Positions 1 to 14,243 of a stretch of 64,000 nucleotides of DNA are shown here, piece by piece. Position 1 is the first letter of the stretch. The number at the start of each line of letters is the position of its first letter. Source of the stretch: Massalongia carnosa (taxonomy: Eukaryota); contig OZ287080.1 of assembly GCA_965645245.1 (NCBI GenBank), forward strand, positions 1,674,001 to 1,738,000, read 5' to 3'. Both the position numbers and the translations under genes were made by a program. Below the pieces are notes generated by a model. That model was given only the letters and a program-made list of their open reading frames with translations. It was not told where the DNA came from and searched no databases.

Positions 1-1919
1 TCAGAACTCAACGCCATCCATCCCACTCCAATGTTATCGGCAGCCATCCTATCTCCTTTATATCAGCAGCTGATGGTTGTATTGCGAGCTTGAAATCATG
101 ACGAACTCCTTATCTGCGCATCTACGGCGGCAGAAAAGTAAGTGCTAGCTTAAGATAATACCTTCGGGTTGGCAGCCGTTGGAACCTACGCCACGCATTT
201 GTGTTTGCTTTGGCAACTCATTTGACGACAGTCGAGTTTATCAGTCTTGAAAGTTATAGTCGCAAGCAATAAAACGCAAAAAATTGGCAGCGTCTTCCGA
301 ACAGGACGCTGGCCGAGTCTGACTGATCGAGAAGTGTCTGGATTCCTAGAGATTGGGAAGCTGATTGATATTCAGAGGTCCTTGTCCATTTTCCCAAGGA
401 CGATACCAACTCTGCTCACAGAGGGATTTTAATTCACTCTATACCCACCATTAAAACTCCATCTTTTATTCCTCGAAATTTGCCTTTCACTAAAGCTTTA
501 AAAAGCGGCTCTGAACATTAGTGGGGAAATATTTCACTCTCTGCTTTACCTTCGCCTCTGCATATTCCCAGAGTTGCGAAGAGAGTCGAAACTCTACCAT
601 CGGACAGGGAACAAACAAGGTACAGCCAAAGAGGATGAGAGCAGGAAATCTCGTTACAGAGCGATGCCAGTCGAAGCGGAAAGATCCTAAAGCTAACGAA
701 CGTTTATTAAGTTATAAACTTGCACGATAGGCAGCGGCGTGTTCTCCCAGGTTATTCAACCCTTCTTATCAACACCCCCTTCAACCACTCTTGCTCCATT
801 CCCTAAACATATCCACTGCTACCGCCATTTCATGTTTTTGTTCCAGTCCCGTCTGTCTATCAATTCTCCTTTCCGAACCTTGGGGGACGACCCCTTCAAC
901 TCACGACTGAGGTCGGTGTGGATTTTCCGGTGCAAGAATATGAAATTCCCGAACACTCCCGGCTCCCTATGGATACATATGGCTGGATACACGTAAGTTA
1001 ATGCTGGACATCTGAATGAACCAGCAGTTGTTGTATTATCAGCAATGTTTATTATTCCTTTTCGTGATTTTAAAAACTCACTAGACGTTAGTCACCGCAA
1101 GGGTTTTTCAAATAGAATACCTACTTACGGTCTTGTGGGTGGATGATAACTTTAGATAATTAGGATACTATGCAAATTCCGAGATGGAGGATTTTTAATT
1201 ATTATTAATTCATTAAGCGTATGCATCCTAAGGATATGACGCTGTGACTGCTATTTATGTACATAAACAACAGTCAGGAAGTGGAAACCTGGCCCCCAGG
1301 GTAAAACCACTCCCTTGTTCCATGTTGAACGCAACGAGACCGTCCTTCTACCACGCGGTGCATACACCCAGATCTTCAAGCGCTAGGAATCCTATAGACT
1401 CGATGAACTAGACAGTGTATTTCCACACGTTCGACGAACGTTCTCTCTCTTTAAACGTTTTGATTCAATGGAGGAAAGACTGGCCGTGATCGAGGGCAGA
1501 TCGTGGTGTCGTATAAATGAAGGTGTGTAAGTGTGGCCATTCTAAATGAATGGGCTTTTTCGATGTGGTGAAAGGCTTCCGCCTGAGGGATGTGGCCATT
1601 CCGAATGAATGGGCTTTGTATGTGTGCCTTCGAGGTGACGAATGATCAGTAGAGACGTTGATCGTTCAAATGGCCACCGAGGTGGACTTCCGCGTTGGCG
1701 ATGATCAGATATTGGCCACCTCCGAGGAGGTGTTGATAGCCTGCATCACGTAGAGGTTTCTGACCCAGCAGGCCCGAGATGGAGGATGATTATTACAACA
1801 TTCCTCGTTGTTATATGTATGTACATGATATGACAAAGGCCCGATAGAATTCTAACTTCTCAAGGGGAGTTTTTTTCAACTTCTTCCTCTTCTTCTTCTT
1901 CTTCTTCCTATGCCTTCAT

Positions 1920-1987
1920 GTACATACATACACACGTACGTACATACATACATACATACATACATACATACATACATACATACATAC
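1920..1987. repeat. (TACA)n microsatellite, preceded by a (CTT)n tract
   Basis: Directly visible tandem tacatacataca... with a few variant units. Confidence 0.9.
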
Positions 1988-4900
1988 GATGATGCTATTT
2001 CTTGCTTCCTTTCACACACACGCTCACACGAAGTCTCTATTTCATCGATCAAGACCAAAGACCAGGATCCTCTCTCCTCGCCTAGTTAACTTCCTTCCTT
2101 CCCCCCCTCCCCCTATATATAACCAGGTACCCCGTCACGCAATAGCTTTCAAAAAGCACAATGAACAGACAGTATCCTTGTCAGCCTCCTACATACACAC
2201 AGTGGCTTCGTAAAGCACCAGCTCTGATCATTGTCTCCAGCACTCGTCTTTGCCGGTCAATTGCCGATTACCCAGTCGGGGCCAGCCAGCCAGTAAGTAA
2301 GTCTTCCGGAATGTCGAAAAGATTTCAATCGAGCTGCGTTATACGATGGCGATGTCATGTAATCCGGTTCGGCGTATGCTAGTATCTCCTAGGAGCAGAA
2401 CAGGTAGGACCAGAAACTTGCGTGGGGATTTTTTTTTGGCTTCGGAGGAATTTTATGGTTCACGTGCAGGGAAGAGTTAAGATTCTTGGTCGAATCTCGA
2501 TGGTGAGAATAGAGTCTTTGGCTTTTTCTAGAATGGATCTTTCTGGACCAAAACGTGACATCTTGTAGGTATTTGATTTATGGGGCAGATTTCGGCCTGG
2601 GCTCAGGGTCACTGAACACCAATTTGCGATTGGTGTTTTCATTTTCCAAGAATCCTGGGAGAAGGGTGTATCAAAGCCCATTCATAATGAGTACTAGTAG
2701 CGACACACTCGTAAACCGCTCGGGGTAATCATCCAATCCAATCCGGAGGTGGCCGGGGACTTAATCCATACCTCGCTCTAAGCCATTCGAATAGACCACC
2801 CCCCATCTCGTCGCTTCAGCACTTTCGTGGCCTAGTATAGAAGAACACAGCCTTTCACCACAAAGGATCTTTGATTCTTGTTGCGCCTTCTTACACTAAT
2901 TCTCTTCTGATTATGGGGTATCTTGGACCTATAAGTACTACGTACCTGCTCTTATATCGAATGCCATACTACTACTCCCAGCGCACCTCTAACGAAAATA
3001 CGGGTAGCTAACATGTGAGAGTTTTCTCTTATAAACTCCTTAAGATCTGGCAGACAAATGTAAGTTGGGAGGCTGATTATTCTTTGCTTGGCTGCGCGAG
3101 GCGCTAACTCTTAGTATAATCGAGTTATGGCTATTATATTATGCCTAAGGAAGCTAAGTTAAATTCTAGTCAAGGCTAGGCTCCAACAACTTGAAACGAT
3201 CTCCTCATTGCCGTATTTCTTGATCTAGCAATGTAATTGCATGTGATGACTATCGTGGTAATAGCACATCCACAAGTTTTGCCGTTTTACTTTCGGTCAC
3301 ATACTCGTCTATGTATCTCTTGAAAGGTTTGGTGATGGGCATGTACTTTTTCTCGATTAACTTAATTTTCTTAACCCCTTTCTCATGGCTGAGACATCTC
3401 TTGGCTGTCTACGCTTCTTCGGAACGATAAATTCATCACGACATCGCAGCTGTGCCTGCAGCAAGAGCATCTGCGAGGGAATTTCTCAAAGCAATCTGCC
3501 GCCCTTTCGCAGATACAGATTTACTCCTGAAAAGAGAATTCCACATGGTTTTCCTCAGTTCGATTCGAATTGTTGCTGAACGAATGGCTACGCCAATACA
3601 GAAAACTTTGGAATTAGCCCCGGCTGATAAGATGTTTTCGTCTCAAGAACTCCTGGTTACTTGCAGTACATAATATGTATCAATCTTCTTGTAGTAGCTT
3701 CTTAGTCGATAGCATTCTTCAACGCATCTGTAGCCTTTCCATGACAAAACTTTATCGCTTGGATTTTCCAACGGATTGAAATGATGTCAAGTTCTCTCTT
3801 ATTAGCCCACTCCACTGCCTGATAGGGCAATATGAGTTTAGATCATCTGAAAAAGCTCGTTGGTAGATCACGTTGTTAACTGAGTCTACTGTCTTCTCAG
3901 TGAAAAATGATTTCCAGGATATCGCACAGGGCCTTAGAGATCAAAGGGTGCTTCAGTGTTTTCAAGGTCACTAGTGACCCAATGTTGGACGTTTGCTCCG
4001 TTGCACCAAAAGAACTAGAGGTTCGTATAATCAAAGGCATTTAGTGCGCGCGCAGCCGGTTCATACCTCTAGCACTTTCAGCAAACTCCGTATCGCTAAG
4101 GGGGGGCATTAGCATGTAGTTCTCGTCTTTATAGATAGAGGGAAACCCCTTTAGGAAGATCCCAAACTTGCCTTGGATTTTTAATTTTCAGCGATGCGTC
4201 TCCTACTCGTTCATCTTGCTGCTATCTCGATGGCACTAGTAAGCTTATCGCTGTGAACGATGTCTTGACTGCAGAAAATAGGTCTAATCAGGCTGTCCTA
4301 CTGCTCAATCCGTCTCCGTAAAACATTTCCTCCGACCCTTAACCTTCGAGTAAAATCAATTCGACAACCCAAGCAACAAAATTCAAGATCCTGAGCTTGC
4401 CGCCGGTGGTATTCCAGCCGGAACCCCGTCAGACAGCTCCAATCAAAACCTTTAATTTGGAACTCCGGAAGATATGATTCTCGATCATATACGGTGGATC
4501 TACTTTTTCTGTTGCGAAAATGATCCAAGTAATGGCATGGAATGGCCCCCTTTTTTTAGTCCGAAAGTATATCATTCTTCTTTTTATGCTTCCAGTCTTA
4601 CGTGCATCGCTAGAATTAGCCACCATTTGCCAAAAAATCCGTTCACGGTTGTTATTATGAATGCCATAATTGGTTTAGTATATCCAACAACTAAGGTAAG
4701 TCCCTTCGCTGCACCAGTATAGAATATGTCTGTTATGCTCTCAATGAATCTTACTGCCACAATAATAAGGAGCTGCAGGGCGTTAGCTGTTCTAGTGATT
4801 GTCCTTACGCGCCGGACTATGTATAACCACTTTAAAATGCCATTGATGCTTGATTTAGAACGCATGCGGGGCATAAGGTGATACATGACATTACTCTAGG

Positions 4901-5325
4901 AACGATGAATTGAACGGGATATGTTGGAAACTTTGAAAGTTTTGGCAACGTAATTCTCGTTTCAACTTGAACCATGACTTATAAACTGAATTAAAGTGCT
5001 TCATACTAATTGCTATAGAGAGAAAGTAATATCCATTTGGTATGTACAGAGACAAATTGTGGTTGGTCTTAGTCCAAAAACCTATCTCCCTCAACCACAA
5101 TAGATGGGTAGAGAGATGGGTAGAGAGATAGGTAAATATGTAGATGGATGAAGAGACCAAACGAATAAACGGCAACGCAATCGGGTGTAGATAACACAGA
5201 TGTCTACACATTGTGAAATTTCCGATGTCTTGTGGTTTGCCGGAAGGGAGGATGAAGTGGCGGAAAGAAAGCACGCACAATACGAATTCAACAGACCAAT
5301 CCTAATCACTCTTTTCTCATTCATC

Positions 5326-6268
5326 ATGCCTCAACACGCTCGCATTGAAGAAGTATCCGATTCCGACCTCGACTCCGATCCCTCCGAACAAGACCCTTCC
5401 GAATTCTCCTCCAGCATAATCCGCCCCTCAATCCCCAGCAACCCCGCCCCACAACTCCAACCCCAATTCCGCGCTCCTACCTCCGCCTCTGACATCAACA
5501 TCAATATCAACAACAACATTAACAATGACCGCCACAAACGCTACCAATGCCTCTACCCAGTCTACTTTGATGCTAACCGCACCCGAGCCCAGGGTCGGCG
5601 CGTGGGGCAGGAGTTGGCAGTGGCGAACCCGCTCGCGAAGGAAATTGTTGATGCGGTACAGTTGCTCGGCTTGGACACCGTGTTTGAGCCGGGGAAACTG
5701 CATCCTAAGGACTGGAGCAATCCGGGCCGAGTGAGGGTTCTGATCAAGGAAGGCGGGAGGGTTCGAAACCGCGGAGTGAAGAATAGTACGTCGATAGATT
5801 CCATTCCCATAGTTGCCAGCACGGCAAGTTCACGCCTTAAATCGGGGTGTATCCGAGCTACTTTAAAAAAAAACACGTTAATCCAGCCCTACTAATCCCA
5901 CCCATCCCTTAGAACACCACCTCTACACCCTTGTCTCCAAACACCTCCAAGCCCACCCCACCACCTCCCTTTCCCCACTCCGCCTGCTGATCCATGGCAT
6001 GCCCACGCCCGACTCGCCCCTCCCCCCGCCCGCCATCCCGCGCGGCTGGAAGATGAACACTATCCTGCCGCTGCACTCGCCTGCGCTGAGCGGCGGCGGC
6101 GTTAGCGAGAATATCCTCAAGGATATGATGCAGGAAATGCAGGGGGTGGCGCAGGGAGGCGGTGGTAGTGGTGGCAAGGGGAGTGGAAGTGCAGGTGGGG
6201 GAGGGGGAGGACAGATGGAGGGTGGGGGGCAGGGGAAGAGGAAGAGAGAGGGAGTGAGAAAGAGGTAG
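5326..6268 (+). CDS. SEC65: Signal recognition particle subunit SRP19/Sec65; 2 exons (5326-5785, 5913-6268)
   Basis: SRP19 motifs YQCLYPVYFDANRTRAQGRRV and EPGKLHPKDWSNPGRVRV. The GT-AG intron 5786-5912 joins to KHHLY; Gly/Lys-rich tail. Confidence 0.92.
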
Positions 6269-7678
6269 GTAGGGAGGCAAGGGGAGGAATAAATATGGGC
6301 GGATCGGGGAATCCTATGAAGGGAAAGGAGGGATTACAACCCTGCACAATTTTCTAGAGGGTCGTGTCAACAGCACAGAGAGGCCTATGTAATGCCGGTA
6401 GAGTTGACAACAAATCCACCTCCCTCCTACCAATCTTGCCTACACATGGAAATAATGATACATAACCCCTATATTTTATGTCATCTCACTCAACCTTCCT
6501 TTTGTCTTCCCGACACGATCCAATTTTCGATTAACTCTCCTCTCTAACCCGGTCCCTTCCCCGCTCTTCCTCATCCTCCTCATCCTTCCTACCCCTCCAT
6601 CCTCATTCCCCATTATCATCCTAACTCAGCCCAAACCATCCATCCATCCATCCATCCTCCCTCTCCCTCTCCCTTCTACGTACCAACCAACTAAGCCCAC
6701 AACCCACCAACCACCAACCAATCAATCCAACCCAATCAAATCAAGCCCAAGCCGCCTAACAAATGAAACTCAGAAATAGAAAAATGCCTTGCAAAATTAT
6801 AAGGTGCCCTCGTGAGGGAAATAGAGATGAGATGAGACAGGGGATGGATGGGTAAAATGATGGATAGATGGATGATGGATGGACGGACGGATACACAAAT
6901 CGACCAGCCGTACGAGGATTCCCACAACGAAAAAAAGGGGAGATGATAGGGCGCTGGGAGATGGAGAAGAAAACAAGTGAAGAAGTGAAGGGAAAGCGAC
7001 CCAACTATAATTGGGATATGCATTTATGTATGAATGTAAGTGTGCATGTATGTACGAAGCAGGAAAGTGACGGATAGGAGCGATAGGGCCAGGACGAGCG
7101 GACAAGACCCGAAAAAAGTAGGCAGAGAGAGAATAGGGTCAATGTCATGGTTGGATTTACTTATCTAGGCACTTAATTTACATACTTGCCTACAACGAAC
7201 GCGATCAACTCACCGGCAGCATTTACAGATAGATGAATGGTCATCCCGCAGAAGTGGAGGGGAAGAAAAAGTACATTAATGAAGAAAATTGCCCGCTTCT
7301 GGAGAATTAGATAAGGTAGGCAAGTAGGTAGGTATGTAGCCTCCCATCCATCCCTCTTGACGGAACAGCCGCCTAAAAGAGAAAGCAAGAAGCAACTAAG
7401 GGGCAAAAGGCGTGTGTGGTGGTACCTGCTGGTATGAAAAGTACACGCCTAGTTTGCCGACACGCTGCGGAAGTTGCTTGAGATCCCATCAAGATCCCCG
7501 TGTTTGAGATGAACCGATCCCTTCGTTCCCTACTTGCCCCGTAAACACCTCCAGCGCCACGCTAAATATGCTCCCATCCAACAGAATTACCTCGCCGGGT
7601 AAGCGGCTGGTAAACTCCCTAACGCCTTGAGTGATATGCTTGTTTTAGGGGGGTTGGGAGTTACTCCCTTTGGTGGCC

Positions 7679-9485
7679 TCAACGCAGCCTCGTGTACGCC
7701 CGTGCTAAAGCCCGTTTTTCCTTGTGATCCGAATCCAACACGGAGATCAGATCTCGCAGCTGGATACCCGCTCCGTTCTCCTTGTCTTCCCGGAACTCGC
7801 CATGCTTCCGGCCCATGGGTAGCTGGCTGCCAGCACCAGCACCAGACGCGGCTGATGACCTTGGAGCTCCATGCGAGCTGGTGTTAACTCGGGGAAGCAT
7901 GGATGACCCACCACCACCTCCTGACGGACTGTCCTTTTGCATCCACGATAGTTTCTTTCCCAAAGAGCCGCCGATGCCCAAAGCCATATTCATGGTTTTG
8001 GTGGTGGCGACGTGTTGCTGCGCTTCGGTTGCTTTGGCCTCGGCTTGCTTTTTCTGTTCTTTGCGGCTGCCTCGTTTGTTCTCCACATCCGGTGCTCGCT
8101 CACCCAGTAAGCCGGGCGTGTTGGCTCCTGAGGTCGTAAGAGAGTTCATGCCCGATTTGTTGTTATCAGCAGCCGCGGCTCCAGACGTGGCGCGGCTAGC
8201 ACGCTTAGCGAGCCTTTCCTCTTCCGCTGCTCGCTCGGCCCGAGACAGTTGGCTAAGAGTTTGGACGACGGGGTTGGAAACCGCGGTGGCGGTGGTTGGC
8301 GTGCCACTTCCGTTAGAGATCGGAGTGGGTGGCTTGTTCATCATGGAATAGGAGCCTAACTGATGTTATTCAAAGTATACTACATTGGGGACTGAGCTTG
8401 AGCCTACGCTTTAGAGGACTTGACTTCGGCGAGACGGCGCTGTTGCCTGGTGTAGGCAACGCGGTTACAGAATCAAAAGGGTCGGCACCAACCGCTAAGT
8501 CAGCGAGGTCAGGAGGTACTGCCCCGTGCGATCCAATGCGTCGTCCTTTTGCGAGAGCTGCGGCATCTTCCACCAGTGCCCGTACTCGCTCCTCAGTTGC
8601 CAGAGACAGGAGTGTCAAAATCTCCACCAACGGAGCATCATGATATAATAGCTCTTGACCCCTCAGGGTAACCACAACCTCGTTTTGATCGGGCCCCGAG
8701 ACCGCAACCTCCGTTGATTGGTCGGTCTGTTTTGTAGATAGTAGACCACTGGTTGGAACGGTGACATGTAAGTTATTGGCCTGCTTCGTGATCCGTCTCT
8801 GTAACCAACCAGTGAGGAGGAAGGGGTCGTTTAGATGGTATTGACGTCTCTCCACTTTTCTCTGATTTGCCCTCTTCCGATCGGCTTCCGCTCTTTCTTC
8901 TGGGGATTGATATGGGCCAGGAGGTTGGTTGAATGTTCCTGCGCCATAAAAGCTGTTCCTGTCGCCGGGCACATTTTGCGAAAGTGCGTTCCCGCCTTGT
9001 AAGGTTCCTGCGCCTGACGAGCTTGATCCAAACGAGTTAAAAGAATTCGCAAGAGTGGTTGCGAAGGAGGTATCATGCTGTTGCTGGCTAGAAGGATTGT
9101 ATCGATTCAATAAGGCCGCTTCCTCCTCTTTAAGATCAACCCCAGAACCTAGCAGCACATCTGTGAGTTCATTCATATCAGTAGGTTTGTTATCCGCAGG
9201 CCGCGACGGAGGCCCCATGGCCCCAGTTTGCGGTGGGGGTGTTGGAGCATGGTAGGGCTGAGATGCTATGGTTCCATTCGGCTGAGCGCCGTAGAAAGGA
9301 CTGCTGAAAACTTGATTTGGTAGAGCGATGTTCGACATACTCGGCGAGCTGTATGGTGAGCCTGGGTTTGGAGAAAGCCGCTGACGTTTGTTGGGTCCAA
9401 GAAATGGCGGATGGTTAGATGACACCGACGGCATAGGAGAGAAAGCCCTTTGATGATATTGCTGCTGCTGCTGAGATTGTGCCAT
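7679..9485 (-). CDS. TAF4: TFIID subunit TAF4; 2 exons, short intron near 8350-8405
   Basis: DVLLGSGVDLKEEEAAL, histone-fold region LLSLATEERVRALVE, and conserved C-terminal ATTKTMNMALG...KKLSWM and IQLRDLISVLD. Confidence 0.88.
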
Positions 9486-9737
9486 CCTGAATTGTCCCTT
9501 CCTCAAGTTGTCGCTGTCTTGTGGGGTATCCTTTATCCACGTTCAAATGGCTCAGGAGTGCAGCGCAGGCGCTGAACCACCTTCTAGAACGATCTTCACA
9601 TCAAGCTAATCAATTCTAGTAGTAATATCCATTCCAAGTAATCGTATCGCTCTGCGATTATGGCTCCTATCGTTGTGCTGGTGAAAAGTGGCTGAGTGGA
9701 AGGCAAAAGAGTAAGAAGTTCGTTTGGGAATTGATCA

Positions 9738-9745
9738 TCACGTGA
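9738..9745. promoter_or_regulatory. TCACGTGA E-box (bHLH/Cbf1-type) in the divergent TAF4-YSH1 promoter
   Basis: Perfect palindrome in the ~430-bp gap between two divergent start codons; function is inferred. Confidence 0.4.
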
Positions 9746-9911
9746 GCCAGCTCTTTATTGCTTGGCGAACCATTTCCATTCACTCAAGATAACAAGAGTA
9801 CTACCTAATTCCACATAATGTTGTCACGGTGAATACAAGCGGATTGGGATCTTCCTCCTTAGGTGTCCATCTCTTTTCACCTTGAACGCCTTGTTTAAGT
9901 TTCTATCCTCA

Positions 9912-12900
9912 ATGGCTGCAAAGAGGAAACTATCGGTAGTTTCGCCGGAACCTGAGCAAGTTGTGGATCCGGCTGATGAGTTGATGTTTTTATGTCTTGG
10001 TGGTGGGAATGAGGTTGGCCGGTCATGCCACATCCTACAGTACAAGGGCAAAACGGTCATGGTATGCGTGGGCCAACTACTGCAAAAGAATACCCATAAC
10101 TGACTGTTCATCGATAGCTTGATGCTGGCCAACACCCTGCTTTCGATGGCCTTGCTGCTTTACCTTACTTTGACGAGTTCGATCTCAGTACTGTCGATGT
10201 ATTACTCATAAGCCAGTGAGTTCTCTTTCTCATTGTATGGATAAGCAATACATTTTTCCAGGGAGCTATTTGGGCTGGGGGAGTGATGGATATTTTCATA
10301 AATGGCCTCCCAGCTTTTGGAAAACTCGTCCAGCTATACGAAGCCGTCATTGTTGTTGGTGGCGGCGGTGGGGACTCAGTTTGGGGCTCAAATCCTCCTC
10401 TTGCTATATGTCCCCATTCGCTTTACTTTTAAATGTACAGGAGACATCAATACAATAACCTCGCCGCTTCATGTTCGATTGCTTTGCCCTGCGGTGCAGC
10501 GTGATTCAAGATCATGCATGTAGAGATAAAATTGCAGAACCTCAAACCTTTACCATGGAACTATTGCTGCTGCTTCGGCGGGTGGGGATTCGAAGGCATG
10601 CCTTACTACATACTGACAGCTATATTCAGTTTCCATCTTGATCATGCATCTGCGCTACCATACGTACTTGCAAAGACTGGCTTCAAAGGTCGTGTCTTTA
10701 TGACGCACCCAACCAAAGCAATATACAAGTGGCTTATACAAGATAGTGTTCGGGTGCAGTATGGCCTTCTGGTTCGCTTTGAAGACCAAATACTAATTAT
10801 GGCGCAGAAACCTATCCTCATCATCAGACCAAAGAACGCAGTTATATACCGAAGCAGATCATCTCTCCACTTTCCCCCGAATCGAAGCTATCGACTATCA
10901 TACAACCCATACCATTTCATCGATTCGCATCACCCCTTATCCTGCAGGACATGTTCTCGGAGCTGCCATGTTTTTGATTGAGATAGCTGGTCTAAAAATT
11001 CTTTTCACAGGAGATTACTCCCGAGAGGTAGATCGGCATCTGATTTCAGCAGAGGTTCCAAAGGGTATCAAAATTGATATCCTCATCACTGAAAGCACCT
11101 ACGGCATTGCCTCACATATTCCTCGGGCGGAGCGGGAAACGGCTTTGATGAAAAGCATCACGGGTATATTGAATCGCGGGGGAAGGGTGCTTATGCCTGT
11201 CTTTGCCCTTGGCCGTGCTCAGGAGCTACTGCTGATTCTGGATGAATACTGGGCAAAACATCCCGAGTATCAACGGATACCTATCTACTATGCTTCGAAT
11301 CTTGCTCGGAAATGCATGGTAGTCTACCAAACCTACGTAGGCGCGATGAATGATAACATCAAACGCCTATTTCGAGAGCGAATGGCAGAAGCTGAGCAAG
11401 CTGGAGATTTAGGAAAAGGCGGACCTTGGGATTTTCAATTTGTTAGAAGTTTAAAGAACCTTGAAAGATTTGATGATGTTGGAGGGTGTATCATGCTGGC
11501 CAGTCCTGGTATGATGCAAAGCGGTGTGAGTCGAGAGCTTCTTGAGAGATGGGCGCCGAATGATAGAAACGGGGTTGTCATCACTGGGTACAGTGTAGAG
11601 GGTACGATGGCGAAACAGATCATGAATGAACCAGAGAGCATACCAGCGATCATGGGAAACAGAGGTGTGGCCTCGATCGGAAGACTTCGGAATCCTGGAG
11701 TGAACGGAGAACCCGAGAAGACCATGATCCCTCGAAGGTGTAGTGTTCAGGAGTACAGTTTTGCAGCGCATGTTGATGGACAAGAGAATCGAGAATTCAT
11801 AGAAGAAATTGGTGCTCCCGTCGTAGTGAGTACACTTGCTCCTAACTATAACGGAGATCGGTGTTCATTGTTTTTAGATCCTCGTCCATGGAGAAAAGCA
11901 CAACATGATGCGACTCAAGTCGAAGCTCCTTTCTCTCAATAGCGACAAAAGTTTGAAAACTAAAGTTTATAGTCCCGCCAATACCGAAGAACTTCGCATT
12001 CCGTTTAAAATTGATAAAACTGCCAAAGTCGTGGGGAAGCTAGCGCAGGTCCCTCCACCGATCACGCCTGATCAAGACGCGCGGCTGGTTACTGGAGTCT
12101 TGGTTCAGAATGACTTCAAGATGTCGCTCATGGCACCGGAGGATCTTCGAGAGTATGCGGGGCTGACTACAACCACGATCCTATGCAAGCAACGAATTAC
12201 CTTGAGCACAGCCGGGATCGATCTCATCAGGTGGGCACTGGAAGGTACTTTTGGATCAATTGAGGAGATCGGGCCAAAAAACAAGATGGGAAATGGCTTC
12301 GTAAAGTCTAATGGCAATACTGGCGAACACGGTGAGGAAGTAGCCGAGGAGGATATTGATCGGTTTCCGAATGCTATCGCTTATCTTGTCATGGGTTGCG
12401 TCATTGTTCGATATGAACCCCAGGGGGAGGTTGAGCTCGAGTGGGAGGGGAACATGCTTAACGACGGTATCGCGGACGCTGTTCTCGCTGCACTTTTTAC
12501 AGTTGAAAGCAGTCCTGCAGCTGTGAAACGTGAGGACTCTTTCACGCTGGGAAGCTATACGCTAACGGGCCTCAAGAATCGTCCCAAGTTCACTCACATC
12601 GCCATCACCATCCTCAACAAAATCCCCATGCGAACATTACGGCCGAGGAGCGTTTCTCGCGCCTGTGCATGTTCCTCGAAGCGCAATTTGGCCCTCAGAT
12701 CACGCCGATCCCTCGCCCTAAGCTCATGCCAAAAGCGGCCAAGTTCACCAACGATGGCGACGAGATCAAAGGTGAATACCAAGACGAGGATGACATGGAT
12801 GGCGCAGAGACTGATCTGGCTGATCTGGAGGCCGAAGAGTTGGAACGCCTCTACAGCATCGGCATTCCCGTCCCGGGCGTGGAGATTGTGGTGGATAAAC

Positions 12901-13031
12901 ATGTGGCCCGGGTGTGGCTCGAGACTCTCGAGGTGGAATGCTCATATGGAGTGTTGAGGGATCGAGTCAAGGTTGTGGTAGAGAGGGCGGTTGAGACGGT
13001 GGCGCCACTCTGGGGGCAAGGAAGGACATGA
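9912..13031 (+). CDS. YSH1: mRNA 3'-end processing endonuclease Ysh1/CPSF73 (MBL plus beta-CASP), multi-exon
   Basis: [20 protein letters not shown] split by intron 10216-10629, [36 protein letters not shown], and CPSF73 C-terminal [13 protein letters not shown]. Confidence 0.96.
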
Positions 13032-14243
13032 GGAGTGTTTTTCGCTGGGTCTGTACGATAGATCTGGATGGATTAGGGTTAGTCCGTTGGGGCTGGTGTT
13101 TAGGGTAGCCAGTGCTGGAGGGACTCTGTCTGGAGGGACTCTGTACGCAGTGTACTCTGTACGGAGTGCCTGGGATACACCACGAGAACATGTGGGAAAT
13201 CCACTACCGTGTTACAAGCATCGGCTTGTACCAAAGGATTTAATGACGGTGTCTGAACATGCCATTGCCTCACTCTCTATTTCCCTGGTGCTGGATGTTT
13301 TCATCGTGCACTAAGTACTCCGTAACGAGGTACTCTGTACCTGGATTGGGGTGCATTTACTTTCATCTTCCCCCACGCTTTTCACCAAAAGGAGAAATTA
13401 CCGCACATCATCGGTTTCCAGGACGATGAAAACCCCTTGTGAGCAAGTAAAAGTTTATATATCCATTTTCCTTCCATATGGACCGTTGCGACGAGTTCTT
13501 CACTACTTCATAAAACACAAGATGTATCAGACAAGCCGACAGTCTTGGTCACTAAGGATGGAAATGAGCGAGATCCAGACATCAAGTCATTCCGACGACA
13601 TATATTGCATAAACTAACGGGAGACATGGAAGCAAGTAGTGAGTAGTCCTAAGTTGTCGTAGAGGGTCGCAGAGCGATGCTTGGCGCTGCATGCGCAGGC
13701 CTTTTGGCTGAAAGAAGTTTAGTTTCATCGTCGGCCCTCCTGGTCTCTTCATCCTGCCAATCCTAACTACCACCACCCCCCCCCCCCCAAAAATCAACCC
13801 AACTTCATACTAACTCGTTGCGTTGCAAATCTCACCTTCACGTATTTCGGTGATAAAGCTCCGACGTCTTTCAGGGCTCAATGATCCCTTTTCGCCCTCG
13901 TTCCATGTGAGACGTGGTTGAAGGTTCTCACAAACTCTACGTTCCGGCCTGGCATCGTTGTTGATGGATGATACTTTTTCTACCCTTCCAATGAATGCCA
14001 ACCAAATCTCTACTTTTAACATCACTCCGCCATTCTCTGACTCGCAACCGGAGCACATTTCCTGATCCTATACGTTCACCAAATGGCCTTGGCCGATAAG
14101 TAGGCCCTCGCTGTGGACGATATTGTACACTGTTAGGTTTTGGGAAGGTCGTTTACGGTTTGGGCTGTCAAACCCACAAAACGCATGAGACAATCATTGG
14201 TCATACTGTGAAATCGGAAATTCTCAACACATCCAAACCCACT

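Noticed and set aside
1190..1500. Possible 3' end of a Tad1-like LINE on the minus strand
   Set aside because: Only a short tail-like motif; no RT or endonuclease motifs can be supported
14160..14243. Non-AUG N-terminal extensions from the ORF track (kinase 14160, TAF4 9506, YSH1 9882) and the upstream ATG of SEC65 at 5200
   Set aside because: They arise from bacterial-style start calling or unconserved upstream sequence; the downstream ATGs fit the families better
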